From Rubripirellula sp. (GTDB lineage Bacteria > Planctomycetota > Planctomycetia > Pirellulales > Pirellulaceae), in NCBI GenBank assembly GCA_965216875.1, contig OZ244207.1, forward strand, positions 3,328,001-3,392,000: a DNA stretch of 64,000 nucleotides. Direction: 5' to 3'. Under the pieces are notes generated by a model. That model had not been told where the DNA came from, searched no databases, and worked only from the letters and a program-made list of their open reading frames with translations. The translations under genes and the position numbers were made by a program. Of this stretch, positions 9,901 through 18,062 are shown one piece after another (within the stretch, counting starts at the first letter, position 1; the number at the start of each line of letters is the position of its first letter).

Positions 9901-10782
9901 CACGGCACCATCACGGGCATCACCGCGTCGCACGAGTCGATCGAGTTCCAACTCCGCTTCGTCGAGTGCTTGTTGCTGCATCTGCGAATGCAAATCGCTT
10001 TGCTCGGAAAACGTTTGACTCCAGATCTTCAGCTCAACGATTCGATCTTTCGTGATCGTCTCGGGCTGCCAGGGATCGAGGCCGTCAACTGGAGCCGTCC
10101 ATCGACGCAGGACATCGAGCGCCGCAAGACGGCTGCGTAGCCTCGGTTTTTCAAAGGCCGTGATCACGCTTGCGGCAACCGATTGGGGATGGGCGATCAA
10201 CAAACCGGACGCGGCTGCACGCTGCCGTGGCGAGCGATCCGCCAGCATCTCCAACAGCACTTCCGTCTGCTTGTCGCTAAGCGATCCTCCGTTTCCCAAA
10301 CTCTTGACCAACCGCAGCGCCGCCCGTTTCGCTTTGTACTGCTCTTGGCCGTCGCGCAGAAACTGCATCAAGGCTTCGCCTTCGATGTATCCAACATGCT
10401 CGGCGATCACTTCACCGGCCGAATTCATCACACGCATCGTGGGTAGAGCGGCAACGTCGTCGACCGGTGCCTCTTCGCTTGGATGGTCAACGTCGATCTT
10501 GACCAAGTGCATGCGAGATAGCAGATGGATCGCCTCGGCATCCTTCATCGCTTCGGTCAAGAGTTTGCAGGGGCCGCACCAAGCCGCTTCAAACTTAACC
10601 AAAATGGGCTTCGAGTCGTCTTCCTCTGCTGCTTCGATCGTTGAAATCCAATCCTCACTCCAAGAATCATCTGCGCGCAGGTGCGTCCCCGGAGCAGGCA
10701 ACAGCATCACGACAACCGCACTGGCAAACGCCCGCAGCATGACAGTGTGCATTCGACGAAGAACACTATTCTTTTGCGTCAT
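6985..10782 (-). CDS. Large exported thioredoxin-domain + HEAT-repeat protein
   Basis: Signal-like hydrophobic N-terminus, KFEAAWCGPCK, repeated HEAT motifs (DPLVRELAL, DKNVRAAVL, DWQVRAAVA, DPKVKVSAA) and a long acidic/Pro-rich linker. Start uncertain (10752-10860). Confidence 0.85.
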   Translation of the reverse strand: MTQKNSVLRRMHTVMLRAFASAVVVMLLPAPGTHLRADDSWSEDWISTIEAAEEDDSKPILVKFEAAWCGPCKLLTEAMKDAEAIHLLSRMHLVKIDVDHPSEEAPVDDVAALPTMRVMNSAGEVIAEHVGYIEGEALMQFLRDGQEQYKAKRAALRLVKSLGNGGSLSDKQTEVLLEMLADRSPRQRAAASGLLIAHPQSVAASVITAFEKPRLRSRLAALDVLRRWTAPVDGLDPWQPETITKDRIVELKIWSQTFSEQSDLHSQMQQQALDEAELELDRLVRRGDARDGAVESLGMAGKELQPSVDKRLETETTDTARQRLASVLYRLVSAPTLAIRLPEATDSLASMDADERRTAAKQLADQARSEDLPLLETLFGHSDPLVRELALRGLQNAGGGDTTRLTRLLDDPDKNVRAAVLKLWLDNPKASLVKPVSQHALKETDSGLLVYYVRLLKELNSNLEQSHAALKRLSSDSDWQVRAAVAEAISHRITEAAKSAPSVGGVKKVAFPVDLKEAARNLLEDDDSFVLSKIVPAVVAGDQKESFSKLLEVAWKNPNIRAEILPRLTYSEGKRDAREFLVKRFESEVAADRIFALEAMTRFSTKDRKDFIRRGVLDGDPKVKVSAARALSSWLDANHSRLAPVPPTPPTENVYQLGFGYDSPFGVPTSSGSARPVPGRAAVPVIRSGGIGVKVGVSPPSNLEMGPAEFDAAIEDLFAAPAAIPAEADIETMLQVIEEGGVPAVEASEEDNSPFQVVDATGLDQQGVAVTEDDPFVEPTQETVPVTPNVQAKPDGQDAVQQGGILQALGNLFGGDVPIQVDADPTEIVELMEDPFQGDAPPQAVQESGEPTNNRQLEATRKYDDWLARWRERPDDIESWLEGLRQPLEELAAKGGEAEFDVMMAVLRLGGTASAKEILDVASESASRKQITNVYKWLDPKTRRELLQLIGATPEAADLLPRILQESRKYDPTVSHQAFWNSLKQIDIDAFDHGWQLRTNLMMVATGSEYFMQQDGQSYDVVAESLSEDLKSLEPSAALMVGLSVLSEIDPAKVVDVVRDDYADASLSAPLRRDWARFAMSARKAPEASALAVKFLDDDVLRPVALSYITQGQEGVSSTEVGHLDVSGLQEDVYASGRLTIARITPHVTREHLLPLLDSEEEEIVALATYALVVMGESVDLGPLLDQAQSEGFSRYLSGTTDLLVMAIAARNHDEDVSILEEIYPQLRDNYYIKEFYWKIRIMTGPKALALRKRIRKDVGMEQLT

Positions 10783-12130
10783 CGGTCGCCTCATCGGTTC
10801 CATGAACGATTTGGTCCCAGTAGTCGTCATAGTCAAAGTGCGGGCTGTTTTCATGGTCATGGCACACCAGACACGATTCGGCAGCTTGCCAAGGTGTTCT
10901 CACATCGGTGTCGGCAACGTGCCCGCTGCTTGGCCCATGACAACTTTCACAGCCCACTTCGATTCGATCCATCGTTCGCCGGCGATTGATGAATCCTCCC
11001 GCTAGTCCGAACCCCGTTGTGTGGCACCTCTGGCACGACGAGTCGACATGCGCCCCCACCTCTTCGAGCGTTGCCCACGCGTGGGCATGAGCCGATTGGT
11101 GCCAGATTTCTTGGTCCGCCTCGTGGCACTCTTTGCAGGATTGCGACCCAACGAAGGTGTTCTCTTGATCTCCCGCTTCGCTCCCCACGCCCATCGAATC
11201 AAAACTGGTATCGAGCGCAGCGAAGTCGTATTTGTCTAGCCGCTCGCGAAACGACTTCAAGTTCGCCTGCTGTTGCTCATCCTTGTCGAGAGATTCAACC
11301 ACCTCGTGCAAGTCCGCCTCCCAGTGATCGCCGTCACCTGAACTCGCGACCTCGCCCGTAATTCTTGCGATGAATTTGCCTTTGCTCGCGATCGCGGTCA
11401 TCAAAGTTTGTCCGAATCGCTTTGGCGCGACACTCTGCGGAGTCTTGCCACCAATGATGACATCCACTTCAGGAAGATTGCTCGACAACTCAGTCAGTTC
11501 TTCCGGCTCGACATAGGCTAGTACAACCGCCGAGTCGTAGTCGCCACGCCGGTTTTCCAGTTCGGCAAGGATGGCCTTCTCGGGGTCTTCTGCTTCGAAA
11601 GATGTCAACGACGGACTGATGACACCGAGTACGAGGATCTTTCGATTGCCACGGCGGACAATCACCGATCGCTCCGCCAGGCTGCAGTCGTTGGCAAGCG
11701 TGTTGGTGCCAACAAACTCAAGATCTCCCTCTGAACTTGCTACCCGATCAATCCCGATTTCAAGCTCTTCGGTTCCGAGGTTGTGGACGGCGTACCCCAT
11801 TGCTGCTTCACCGGCAAGAATCGCGCGCAACTTCTCGACGTCGTACGCACTCGATCCGAGTGTCGCACCGCCGACGCTGACCAACAAGGATTCGCGTCCC
11901 TCGGCAAGTTTCTTCATCAACGTCGCTCGACGACTGAGCCCACCCGATTGCCCGCTCGCGCAACCGCACGGCTCAATCCAGCCTTGCGTGTCGCAGCTCG
12001 CAAGAATCACGACCGGTTGCTTCGCCGGTTTTTCAACCGTCTCGGAAGAACTGCATCCACACGAATACAGCAGCACGATCCCGCACGTGAAGCCAACCCA
12101 ATTTCGAAAACGCAACGCAAACACAGGCAA
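10766..12130 (-). CDS. Lipoprotein: 5'-nucleotidase/UshA-like N-terminal domain fused to a tetraheme cytochrome c (c554-like)
   Basis: Lipobox-like SCGC; EPCGCASGQSGGLSRRA; four CxxCH motifs (CKECH, CQRCH, CESCH, CLVCH). Confidence 0.85.
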   Translation of the reverse strand: MPVFALRFRNWVGFTCGIVLLYSCGCSSSETVEKPAKQPVVILASCDTQGWIEPCGCASGQSGGLSRRATLMKKLAEGRESLLVSVGGATLGSSAYDVEKLRAILAGEAAMGYAVHNLGTEELEIGIDRVASSEGDLEFVGTNTLANDCSLAERSVIVRRGNRKILVLGVISPSLTSFEAEDPEKAILAELENRRGDYDSAVVLAYVEPEELTELSSNLPEVDVIIGGKTPQSVAPKRFGQTLMTAIASKGKFIARITGEVASSGDGDHWEADLHEVVESLDKDEQQQANLKSFRERLDKYDFAALDTSFDSMGVGSEAGDQENTFVGSQSCKECHEADQEIWHQSAHAHAWATLEEVGAHVDSSCQRCHTTGFGLAGGFINRRRTMDRIEVGCESCHGPSSGHVADTDVRTPWQAAESCLVCHDHENSPHFDYDDYWDQIVHGTDEATDDAKE

Positions 12131-12862
12131 TCAATAACTCAAGGCATAGGCGAGGATGTTGACATTGACCACTTCGGCGTTGGTGATTTCGTTCCCGCCA
12201 CAGCAACAACAGCCCTGTGCGTGCGACGTATCGTTCAACCCATCCTGGCTGTACAAAACCGCCAACCGGTCACCGATCGAGATGCCTTCAAGGGGCCTTG
12301 GCGTGCCATGCTTGGCGGTCAACTGGTCAATGTCATAGACAGTGTGAAAAACCGGATGCTTCAAGTCGAGTTGTTGCATTTTGGTTTCCTCAAACAAGGT
12401 CGCCATTTCTCGGCGAAACGAACGATCCCATTCCGGCGAAGAACAACCTGAGGAAGCGAGCAAGAACCCACCACGCTTCAAATAGGCTCTCAGGTTGGTT
12501 CGCTCGGCATCGCCGAGCACAAATTCGCCTTCGCCCGTCATGATCAGCAGCGGATAGTTGTAAATCTCTTCGCTGCTAAGTTTGACGGCATGAAAACGGC
12601 GACTGGTCGAAATCGTCGAATCTTTTTCGGCTCGCACAAGAAAGTGGTCGGCAAAACACTCGCTAGACTTCGATCCCGCGTAAACAAGATTTGCAACCTG
12701 GACGACGCTGCCCGATTCGCCACCGACATGCGTGGGATCGGGCACCGTTTTGATCGCAGCCTCTTTGTCAGCCGGATCCTCCGCACTGCTGGTTCCAGCC
12801 AGGCAGACCGTCGTCATCATCGCCAGGCAAAGCGTTTGAATTCTCACCATGCGTCGCTCCAT
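12131..12862 (-). CDS. DUF4159-like exported protein with a C-terminal CCCC motif
   Basis: Signal peptide; YPLLIMTGEG...LRAYLKRGGFLL...HPVFHTVY; ends QGCCCCGGNEI...NILAYAL. Start uncertain. Confidence 0.8.
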   Translation of the reverse strand: MERRMVRIQTLCLAMMTTVCLAGTSSAEDPADKEAAIKTVPDPTHVGGESGSVVQVANLVYAGSKSSECFADHFLVRAEKDSTISTSRRFHAVKLSSEEIYNYPLLIMTGEGEFVLGDAERTNLRAYLKRGGFLLASSGCSSPEWDRSFRREMATLFEETKMQQLDLKHPVFHTVYDIDQLTAKHGTPRPLEGISIGDRLAVLYSQDGLNDTSHAQGCCCCGGNEITNAEVVNVNILAYALSY

Positions 12863-12890
12863 TTCGATCACGTCGTAATTGGTACGTGCT

Positions 12891-15713
12891 TTATTGGTCC
12901 ATGCTTTCAGCAATCCGGCGCAGATACTGTTCGGTTTGGCGTCGGTACCTTAGTGGCACATCACCGGAACTCGTCCGCGCCGTTTCGGGCAGTTCCGCAA
13001 TCGGATCTTCGCCTATCGAACCGACCCCAGCGGCACTTCCGCCATCGCCGCGGGCAGGCATCATCTGATTCCGATCGCCGCGTCCGCCACCACGAGGCTG
13101 CGCAAAGGGTTGATTCCCGTACAACCCGACGTTCTGGCCCGAGTTACCTCGCATCGAGTAGCCAGCGTTGGGCCCTGAATTGAGCCCCATTTGATTGAGC
13201 ATCTCTTGTAGCGCGTTGCTTCCTTGACTGGGAAGCCCCGGCGCAAACTTCTTCTTCAAACAATTGCCGGCCTTCTTGCCATTGCCTTTGCATTGTGACA
13301 AGAACTTTTCCATCTCTTCGAGTGCCGTGATCGCATGCCCATAGCCGTCGGCACCGTCAAAGCGGCCGAGGCTTTGGCGTGCTTCCGAAAGCTCCGCATC
13401 GATCGGACTTTCACCCACCGCCATCACAAAGTCAATCGAAGACTGTTTGAGTTCTTGCATGTCGGGATCGTCGCCAAGACCTTCCGCGGCCGTCGCGATC
13501 TCTTGCATCAATTCGCCTAGCTCACGTCGAATCGCAGCTTCCTCTTCGCGTAGCTGCACCACCTGTTGGCGATCCGCTTCGTCGCGAACCGTATCGTCCT
13601 GGCGGTATCGGTCAAGCGCATCGACAACAGCCCGTTGCCGCTCAACCAATTGAACAAACTTGGACTCTGCAGCAAGGATCGGTGCGATCTTTTTCAGAGC
13701 GTCCATCGGCTGACCAATCTTTTGTTTCTGGTCGTTACGTGCCTTATCGATTGCCTTTTGCATCTCGTCAGCTTGCTCTTTGGCAGTCTTGCCCTCCGAT
13801 TTCATGCTTTTTCCGCTCTTGGCCGCTTCGCGCAACGCCTTGGCCTGTTCTTTGAGTGCCTTGTTCCACTCTTGGTCGATCTCAAGCGGCAACTCCTGGC
13901 GAGCGATTTCCTCAAGGTTGCGGGCCGCCCTTTCCATCTTTTCACGAAGCGTGTCAACTTTTTCTTGAAGCTCTTTCTGCGCCTCGGCGTCATTCGGGTC
14001 CGCTGCATCAAGCTCTTCTTGCAACTTCGCCGCTTCGGCCGACAGTTCCTCGAGCATCCGACGTGCTTGACGGAACTTGTTCTCGAGCATTTGACGTCCC
14101 TGCTGAGCCGCAATGATTCGATTGAACTCTCGTTGCGAAATGATGTTGATGTGCGCGAGCGGACTTTCGCCTCCTTGCGATGCCCCTGGCCGCGTGTCGT
14201 CAACGCGCGCGAAGAGCGTGATTTTGTCACCCGGTTCAAGGCCAAACGCCGCCAATGGCAAACTCGAACCGCCTTGAACGGTACGCCTCGTTTCCACAAT
14301 TGGGATTTCCAGTGGAACGGGACGCGAGCCATCAATGACTCGGTAGATCCGCATACGAGCGACACCAAAATCGTCTTCGCCGATCGCAGCGACGGGTACT
14401 TTCGTTGTCGGCGTTGCATACGACTGAGGACGTGGCTGGGCGATGCGCGCGATCGGTGGACGATCCACAAGGAGTTCGACTTCCAAACGAATCGGCGACT
14501 CACACTCAACGTCGTTTGCACCGGTCACCGAAACAATCCAGTTACCCGATCGCTTGATCGTCACTTCGCCGACGGCACGTTGTGGGTTGTCTGGCGATAC
14601 CGAAAGATCGACCGTCTGAGGCGCGAGATCACTTTCGTCGTCCAAAGGCATGAGTGTGACGCTGCCAGACTTGAGCGGACGATTGGCATCAATCGAAAAC
14701 GCGACGACCGTTCCCGAGAGTCCTGAAATGCGATCTTGCGGATATCGTGCCTCGCGCGGAGGCAGACTCGTGTAAGCCGGCGGCGTGATTGTGAAGGTCG
14801 CTGATTCAATCTTGGGTGTCTCCATCACCTGCAAATCAAACAAGCGGCTTCTGCCTCGGTCCGCTGTCACGCAGTAGGTCGTCGATTCCGTCACACGAGG
14901 CACGACCGCCTGCCAACGTCCGCCACCCCGTGGAAACATGGCAACTCGTTTTGCGTCGGGATCATCCGGTTGCCCCAACACGAGCAGCGCGTTCTCAACT
15001 CCGCCTCCGGTGATCGACGCGGTCACTTCCAAGGGCTTGCCATAGTTCAAACGAATGTCGCCGGGGCTGACATCGAACTGCAGTGGCGAATAGGGGGGCG
15101 TGTCGACGGTCGGCGCTGTGAATCGATTCCACGAGGTCCCGAATGCGCCAGGTGCAATCACGGCAAAGGCGATCATCACCAAACCAACGACACCTGCCAC
15201 GATGCTGCTCCGCCGCGATTGACTCCAAGGCGCCGCCTTCGCCGGATCCACATCGGTGGCACGCTTGGAAGCCTGTGACACCGCTACCGAGGCGATCCCA
15301 CGGGCCAGAGCTTCCGTTTTGTCGTTCTGGCCCGTCATGTTTCGATCCGCATTCTCGGGAAGTAGCTCCCAACCCGACAAGATTTGTCCACCGGTCTCGC
15401 CGACCTCATCCAACCGCCTCGCGATCCGCTCGGACGATGCACCTTTCCAAACTCGAACGAGCAACCACAAGAAGGCAACCGCACCAACCAAGATCGTTGC
15501 CGGCAAGATGCCTTGCCGCAGGCTCATCGGCAAATGCCAAATCACATCCATCCATGCCAACAAGAAAAGCACAACACCGACAGCCGCGATTGACCAAAGA
15601 CAAGCATCGACCGCACCGATCAATCGGACGCGTTTTGCCACTTCGGCAATTTGATTCTGCAAACTGCGTCCAGCTTCGGTCGATTTCGATTGTTCGGGAA
15701 TGACAGTTGCCAT
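12891..15713 (-). CDS. DUF4175-like membrane protein with Ig-like and long coiled-coil regions
   Basis: Three N-terminal TM helices, ITPPAYT, DRPPIARI, EDDFGV, a Q/E/K-rich coiled coil and C-terminal VPLRYRRQTEQYLRRIA. Confidence 0.8.
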   Translation of the reverse strand: MATVIPEQSKSTEAGRSLQNQIAEVAKRVRLIGAVDACLWSIAAVGVVLFLLAWMDVIWHLPMSLRQGILPATILVGAVAFLWLLVRVWKGASSERIARRLDEVGETGGQILSGWELLPENADRNMTGQNDKTEALARGIASVAVSQASKRATDVDPAKAAPWSQSRRSSIVAGVVGLVMIAFAVIAPGAFGTSWNRFTAPTVDTPPYSPLQFDVSPGDIRLNYGKPLEVTASITGGGVENALLVLGQPDDPDAKRVAMFPRGGGRWQAVVPRVTESTTYCVTADRGRSRLFDLQVMETPKIESATFTITPPAYTSLPPREARYPQDRISGLSGTVVAFSIDANRPLKSGSVTLMPLDDESDLAPQTVDLSVSPDNPQRAVGEVTIKRSGNWIVSVTGANDVECESPIRLEVELLVDRPPIARIAQPRPQSYATPTTKVPVAAIGEDDFGVARMRIYRVIDGSRPVPLEIPIVETRRTVQGGSSLPLAAFGLEPGDKITLFARVDDTRPGASQGGESPLAHINIISQREFNRIIAAQQGRQMLENKFRQARRMLEELSAEAAKLQEELDAADPNDAEAQKELQEKVDTLREKMERAARNLEEIARQELPLEIDQEWNKALKEQAKALREAAKSGKSMKSEGKTAKEQADEMQKAIDKARNDQKQKIGQPMDALKKIAPILAAESKFVQLVERQRAVVDALDRYRQDDTVRDEADRQQVVQLREEEAAIRRELGELMQEIATAAEGLGDDPDMQELKQSSIDFVMAVGESPIDAELSEARQSLGRFDGADGYGHAITALEEMEKFLSQCKGNGKKAGNCLKKKFAPGLPSQGSNALQEMLNQMGLNSGPNAGYSMRGNSGQNVGLYGNQPFAQPRGGGRGDRNQMMPARGDGGSAAGVGSIGEDPIAELPETARTSSGDVPLRYRRQTEQYLRRIAESMDQ

Positions 15714-15758
15714 TTCGAATCGCCTTGAAATTGAGTTCTCTGGAATCAAACGCGCCGG

Positions 15759-18050
15759 TCAAACCAGTCCGCTGCGACGCCGCAGTGTCCAGGTTGCTGT
15801 CCACATACCAAGGATGCCCAGCAAGACCCACCAACGGTCCCACGCCGGAGTGCGACGCGTCTCGATGGGAAGGTCATCAATGATTTGTTGCTGGATGGTT
15901 TCGGCGATCCGTCCCGCATCCAGCTTGTCGATTACCCGACCACCACTTTCCTTTGCAATACTCGCCAAAAGATCGTCGCGTGGATTCATGTCGAGCGCTT
16001 CGGCGATGGGTCGTCGAACTTCGAAAGCTGTCACGCTACGATCGGTCTCAGCCGCATCCTTCAGTGTGACGCGATAGTTGCCCGGTGCCAACTTTCCGAA
16101 TCGAGCCTGATAGACGCCTGGTTGATCGCCGGCGGGTTCGCAGATGATCTCTTTTGAATCCATATCACCCTCGCGAACCAAATGGACAACGGGCATTCCT
16201 TCGACCGGAACGGTATCTCGCACCAGAAGCGTCGCGGTGGCTGCCATATCGGTGGTGAACTGCGTTCGATCGCTTTGCAGCGCACGATCTTGGCCCGGTG
16301 AGAGCGCAACCCGTGACACCAGCCACTGCAGCAGTCCATTCCAAACGCTCGCGTACGTTTCGTCCGACGCGGCAAACTCGGGCGGCAGCAGCGCCCAACG
16401 CCACATGCCCGAACCCTCGACCACCACCGTGCGGCCAGCGCCGTAGGGTTGGTAGGTCACAATCGGAACCGATCCATCCGTCGCATCGCTGGCGACCAAC
16501 ACGCGCGGCAAACCGCCGCGTTTTTCGGGCGACGCATCGGTCGCCAGTGACGGCAGCGCCGCAAGCGGATCGATGTCGCCGCGCCGAGCAAGCCATCCCT
16601 CGCTGGACGAAGCGTCGGTCACCGTTGCGCGAAAACGCCGCTCGGTGTCGCGCGTCCAACGCACTGGCAACATGCGACCGAGCTTTTCCGAAAGAGTCGA
16701 CTGGGGCGCCCCCCGGGCACAGACGAGCGAACCGCCTTGCGTCGACACCCACGTTCTCAAGCGGGTCACGGTCGTGTCATCGAGATACGCTTCCGAATCA
16801 CGACCAAGCACAATCACTTGGTATTTGTTTAGCGAGTCAGCCGAACCAATCACCGACTCGGGAGTTGGCAAGATCTCCCATGGTGGAGCTTCACTCCCAG
16901 CATCCTCATTGGCCGAATCCGCATCGGCCGCAGCCTCTTCTTCGCCGCTGGGGGCACTGATCCGTTGACGACGATGCAAAAACCGATCGCTTCGCATCAT
17001 CACGAGACTCTCCAGCTCAATCGACGGATCGGACGCGAGTTTACGAGCCAGGAACTTGCTATCCCAGTACGGCTTTCCCTCGAGCAACAGCACACCGATC
17101 GGCGAATCAACGACCCGAACGAGCAAACTTGCACTGTTGTCTTCGTCGGTGGCTTCTGCTGGAAGCGAACCGACGGCAATCGAATAACGATAGAGTCCTG
17201 GTTGCTCCGGCTTTGCCGTGAAGGAAACCTCTTGTCGACCATCGCTACTGAGGGTGACCGTTTTGGTTTCGACCACTTGGCCATCCCGCATCAACCGTAC
17301 ATCGAGCGGCGCCGACTGATAACCTGCGCCCGTCACTTCGGCGGTGAGCTTGACCGGTTGCTCAACAAACGCAAGTCGATTCGCCGCCGACGTTTCGACC
17401 GCCAGGTTCTTAACCACGAGAGGCTGAGCGACCTTGACGGGAAAAAGCGGCGCGCCACGACCGCGCGCGGCCCGTGACGCCGCAACGACACGACGCGCTG
17501 CGCCGGTGTTGTGAATCCCATCGCTCAAGAACACGACCGCTTGCCCACGGGGTCGATCGGAATTGGCAGCAAGCGCGATCGCAGATGCGAGATCCGTCTT
17601 TTGGCCAGGAGCGATCTCGCCCAATTCCCCAAGCTCTCGCCCCCGCGCGTCAGCATCAAACGACAACAATCTTGTTTCGTAGGTTTCATCAAACGACGAA
17701 AGCAAGTCCTCGGCGATCTTGGTCGCAATCTGTAACCGAGTCTCGTCAGCTTCGTCTTTGTCGATAACGTCCATGCTTGCGCTGGTGTCGACCACGACCG
17801 TCACGAGCGGCCGGCCTTCGGGTGGTGGCAACGCTTCGACCCAAGTCGGGTTCAACAGCAGCACCAAGGGAACAGCCCCGGCGACCAACATCAACGCGAG
17901 TGTCCAAAGACGATTGGGGCGGGCGATGGAACTACCGCATCGCCATGCATAAACGCACCAAGCGATCGCCAGCGCAGCGGCCAACGCCACCCAAAGCGGC
18001 AATGACACGCGAGGGTCAAAATCAAGCCATGCGGGAATGATCAAATACAT
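15759..18050 (-). CDS. Membrane vWA-domain protein with CARDB-like and glutamine-amidotransferase-like domains
   Basis: VVDTSASM (MIDAS), FLSDGIHN, VLLLEGKPYWD, PYGAGRT and a C-terminal TM ending LRRRSGLV. Confidence 0.85.
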   Translation of the reverse strand: MYLIIPAWLDFDPRVSLPLWVALAAALAIAWCVYAWRCGSSIARPNRLWTLALMLVAGAVPLVLLLNPTWVEALPPPEGRPLVTVVVDTSASMDVIDKDEADETRLQIATKIAEDLLSSFDETYETRLLSFDADARGRELGELGEIAPGQKTDLASAIALAANSDRPRGQAVVFLSDGIHNTGAARRVVAASRAARGRGAPLFPVKVAQPLVVKNLAVETSAANRLAFVEQPVKLTAEVTGAGYQSAPLDVRLMRDGQVVETKTVTLSSDGRQEVSFTAKPEQPGLYRYSIAVGSLPAEATDEDNSASLLVRVVDSPIGVLLLEGKPYWDSKFLARKLASDPSIELESLVMMRSDRFLHRRQRISAPSGEEEAAADADSANEDAGSEAPPWEILPTPESVIGSADSLNKYQVIVLGRDSEAYLDDTTVTRLRTWVSTQGGSLVCARGAPQSTLSEKLGRMLPVRWTRDTERRFRATVTDASSSEGWLARRGDIDPLAALPSLATDASPEKRGGLPRVLVASDATDGSVPIVTYQPYGAGRTVVVEGSGMWRWALLPPEFAASDETYASVWNGLLQWLVSRVALSPGQDRALQSDRTQFTTDMAATATLLVRDTVPVEGMPVVHLVREGDMDSKEIICEPAGDQPGVYQARFGKLAPGNYRVTLKDAAETDRSVTAFEVRRPIAEALDMNPRDDLLASIAKESGGRVIDKLDAGRIAETIQQQIIDDLPIETRRTPAWDRWWVLLGILGMWTATWTLRRRSGLV

Positions 18051-18062
18051 CGTCGCAATTCT

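Noticed and set aside
11960..11968. Possible selenocysteine at the CGC motif
   Set aside because: Both codons are TGC and the ORF has no in-frame TGA.
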